From NCBI GenBank assembly GCA_035305585.1, contig DATGOV010000028.1:19524-83523 (forward strand): a DNA stretch of 64,000 bases, read 5' to 3'. The position numbers and the translations under genes were made by a program. Shown one piece after another: positions 61,706-64,000 of the stretch (the first letter of the stretch is position 1; every line of letters starts with the position of its first letter). Origin of the DNA: Acidimicrobiia bacterium (GTDB taxonomy: Bacteria > Actinomycetota > Acidimicrobiia > Spongiisociales > ZC4RG35). The notes beneath the pieces were generated by a model. The model was not told the DNA's origin. It did no database searches and saw only the letters and a program-made list of their open reading frames with translations.

Positions 61706-63001
61706 ATGCGAGCCGGCACCGCCACACAACATGAACGCCTGATGAGAGTCCATCGGCGCCACGCCGACCGGGCGTCCGAAGCTGGACTGACCGAGCTTCG
61801 TTTCTCTGACCTCGGCGATGGGTCGACGATCCGCGTCGACGGCCGCGACCTGGTCAACTTCGGGAACTGCTCCTATCTCGGACTCAGTGTGGACCCGCGC
61901 CTCAAGCGGGCCGCGATCGAGGCGATCGAGCGCTTCGGGCCTCTGTACGCGTCCTCGCAGATGTACGCCGCGGTCGAACTGTACGTCGAGCTCGAGACAC
62001 TCCTGGCGAAGATGACCGACGCGCCGGCGGTGGTGCTGCCCCCGACGACCACGCTCGGCCATCTGGCCACCCTTCCTTCGCTGGTCGGGACGGACGACGC
62101 CGTGGTGCTCGACTCGCAGTCGCATGCGTCCCTGCAGCTCACGGTCCAGGTGCTCTCAGGCCGGGGGATCGAGATCCATCCCGTGCCCCACAACGACGTG
62201 GCGAAGCTGGACGAAGCGATCGCGTCCCTTTCGGGAAGGCACCCGAGGGTCTGGTACATCGCCGACGGCGTCTACTCGATGATGGGCGACTTCGCTCCCG
62301 TCGACGACATCTCGGAGCTGAAGGACCGCCATCCCAACCTGTACGTCTACTACGACGACGCCCACGGCTTCTCGTGGCGGGGAGACAAGGGCCGCGGCTT
62401 CGTCCTGGAGAGTGTCGAGCTGGACGAGCGGACGATCGTCGCCGCTGGCCTGGGCAAGGCCTTCGGAACCGGCGGGGCAGCGATCTTCTTCGGCGACTCC
62501 GATCTGGCGACGACGGTGAGGCGCATCGGCGGGCCCATGACGTTCTCCGGCCCCATCCACCCACCCACCCTGGGTGCGGCCATCGCCGCCGCCGAGATCC
62601 ACCTCTCGGACGAGTATCCGGATCTGCGTCGGCGCATGGAGGGCCAGATCCAGTTGGTGACGAGCCTGCTCGCCGAACATGGGCTGCCGGTGGCCTCTTG
62701 GGCGCCGACCCCGATCTGGCAGGTGCGCGTCGGTGATCTCGACCGGATGCTCGTACTGACGCGGAAGATGATGGACGACGGGTTCTATGTCAACCCGACC
62801 GGCTTCCCGGTCGTGCCCTACGGCCACGCCGGCATCCGCTTCACGCATACACTCAACAACACCGATGACCAGATCATTGGCATGGTGGAGCGGCTGTCCG
62901 TCAACTACCGGGAGGTGGTCGGGGAGCCGGAAGCGGTGGTCGACCTCACCGAGATGGAAGGGGGTCCCGGCGCCATGTCTGCCACGTCTGCCCGCACGTA
63001 A
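61706..63001 (+). CDS. alpha-oxoamine synthase family PLP-dependent acyltransferase (8-amino-7-oxononanoate synthase / serine palmitoyltransferase-like)
   Basis: Fold-type I class II aminotransferase pattern with a GLGKAFG PLP-lysine region. ATG at 61706 with RBS gaggag. Confidence 0.75.
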   Translation: MRAGTATQHERLMRVHRRHADRASEAGLTELRFSDLGDGSTIRVDGRDLVNFGNCSYLGLSVDPRLKRAAIEAIERFGPLYASSQMYAAVELYVELETLLAKMTDAPAVVLPPTTTLGHLATLPSLVGTDDAVVLDSQSHASLQLTVQVLSGRGIEIHPVPHNDVAKLDEAIASLSGRHPRVWYIADGVYSMMGDFAPVDDISELKDRHPNLYVYYDDAHGFSWRGDKGRGFVLESVELDERTIVAAGLGKAFGTGGAAIFFGDSDLATTVRRIGGPMTFSGPIHPPTLGAAIAAAEIHLSDEYPDLRRRMEGQIQLVTSLLAEHGLPVASWAPTPIWQVRVGDLDRMLVLTRKMMDDGFYVNPTGFPVVPYGHAGIRFTHTLNNTDDQIIGMVERLSVNYREVVGEPEAVVDLTEMEGGPGAMSATSART

Positions 63002-63031
63002 TCGCGCTTCACCCACCATCGGGGGGTGCCG

Positions 63032-64000
63032 ATGAATGAGGTCGTGCGCGCCACGTTCCTCTCGTCCCCCGTCCGGCGGCTGGCGACCGTAGTCGCCGCC
63101 GTCGTGCTGCTCGGTGCCCTCGCGGCCGCCGTGCGGCCGTCTGTGGGTGACGAGATCGGCGCCCCGCTCATGTTGGTCAACTACACGATGGCCGGCTACC
63201 TGTTCTTCCGGGGTTCGCGGGTCTACGACGGCCGGGAGCGTCTCGCCTGGAAGATGATCGGCGTGGCGTGCTTGTTCGTCGTCGCCGGCCTCCTCGCCTT
63301 CGGCCTGGCGACGGTGCTGGGATACGAGATCCCGGCGTTCGGCCCGCTCGACACCTTCTTCATCGCCGGTTACCTCATCTTCCTGGCCGGCTTCTGGGTC
63401 CTGCCGCACCTCGACGGCGTCCCGATCCGACGGCTGCGCGTCTTCGTCGACGGGATGGTCGGGGCGGTCGCCGTCGGAGTCCTCTCCTGGGTCTGGTTCC
63501 TCCACGAGATCCTGGAGAAGCTCAGCCACGCCACCTTCTGGGACGTGGTTATCGGAGGCATCTACCCCTTCGTCGACGTCGCCACGCTCGTCGTGGTGAT
63601 CGTCGTGACGCTCCGGCGCAGCACCCTCCGGTTCGACCCCCGGGTCCTCTTGATGGGGGCGGGGTTCGCCGTCCAGGCCATGGCGGACCTCATCTACCTC
63701 CGCAACGGGATCGGCCAGGCATTCGTGGACGCCGATCCGAGCTATGCGGCCCTGCTGTTCGCCGGCCTCGGGTTCCTCGTGGCGGCCATCACGCTGGAGA
63801 CGCCGCCACCCGTCCGCGAGTACGCCGAGCGCGCCACTCCCTGGTGGGCCTTGATCGCTCCCTATGGGGCCGCAGTGGCGCTGATCGTCGTCCTCGTGGT
63901 CCGCATGGTCGGAGTCGTCGACGACCAGAACCAGGACACGATCCAGCTCCTCGCCGGGGCGGTGGTGATCGTCTGTCTGATCATCTTCCGTCAGGCGCTC
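63032..64000 (+). CDS. polytopic integral membrane protein, 3'-truncated by window end (possible sensor N-domain)
   Basis: Open frame from ATG 63032 to the window end, with at least 8 hydrophobic helices. Not in the track because no stop is reached. Confidence 0.45.
   Translation, partial: MNEVVRATFLSSPVRRLATVVAAVVLLGALAAAVRPSVGDEIGAPLMLVNYTMAGYLFFRGSRVYDGRERLAWKMIGVACLFVVAGLLAFGLATVLGYEIPAFGPLDTFFIAGYLIFLAGFWVLPHLDGVPIRRLRVFVDGMVGAVAVGVLSWVWFLHEILEKLSHATFWDVVIGGIYPFVDVATLVVVIVVTLRRSTLRFDPRVLLMGAGFAVQAMADLIYLRNGIGQAFVDADPSYAALLFAGLGFLVAAITLETPPPVREYAERATPWWALIAPYGAAVALIVVLVVRMVGVVDDQNQDTIQLLAGAVVIVCLIIFRQAL

Overview
This is a high-GC (about 70%), densely coding segment that looks like an actinobacterial chromosome, with genes on both strands. 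WhiB, NucS, an HbhA-like protein, a Mrp antiporter and a 13E12-type HNH remnant all fit Actinomycetota. Many neighbouring genes share 4-nt ATGA/GTGA/TTGA stop-start overlaps.

Most of the window is housekeeping:
- molybdenum-cofactor enzyme maturation genes (CoxE-like VWA, a standalone XdhC N-domain ORF plus a full XdhC, MocA);
- aromatic amino-acid genes (two differently regulated type-I-beta DAHP synthases, tyrA);
- glnE, nadE, mgtE, greA and a Cys-type selD followed by a ferredoxin and a hydrolase;
- penicillin-acylase-family, M20 and M23 peptidases;
- a caa3-type cytochrome oxidase operon (ctaC-D-E-F) with divergent ctaB, a micro-ORF and lgt;
- a seven-gene Mrp antiporter operon, nhaA, fba, nucS, trmL, an acyl-CoA dehydrogenase and whiB;
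- a sulfur/PLP cluster (cysteine-desulfurase-like, GNAT, metY, CoA-binding).

Non-routine observations:
- a degraded HNH/DUF222 endonuclease pseudogene;
- two inverted copies of a ~190-bp intergenic repeat carrying GGAAGNC heptamer arrays, one of which supplies the 3' end of trmL;
- two unannotated, translationally coupled micro-ORFs (a 53-aa zinc ribbon between nhaA and a CrtI-like oxidoreductase; a 33-aa transmembrane peptide between ctaB and lgt);
- a standalone 5'-3' exonuclease overlapping a Mut7-C RNase gene;
- a 5'-truncated eRF1-like/zinc-ribbon gene abutting the CoxE-like VWA gene;
- a VanW / alpha-oxoamine synthase / polytopic membrane protein cluster at the 3' edge.

No rRNA, tRNA or CRISPR array was detected by eye. 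Coordinates are best estimates from manual frame reading and may be off by a few nucleotides.
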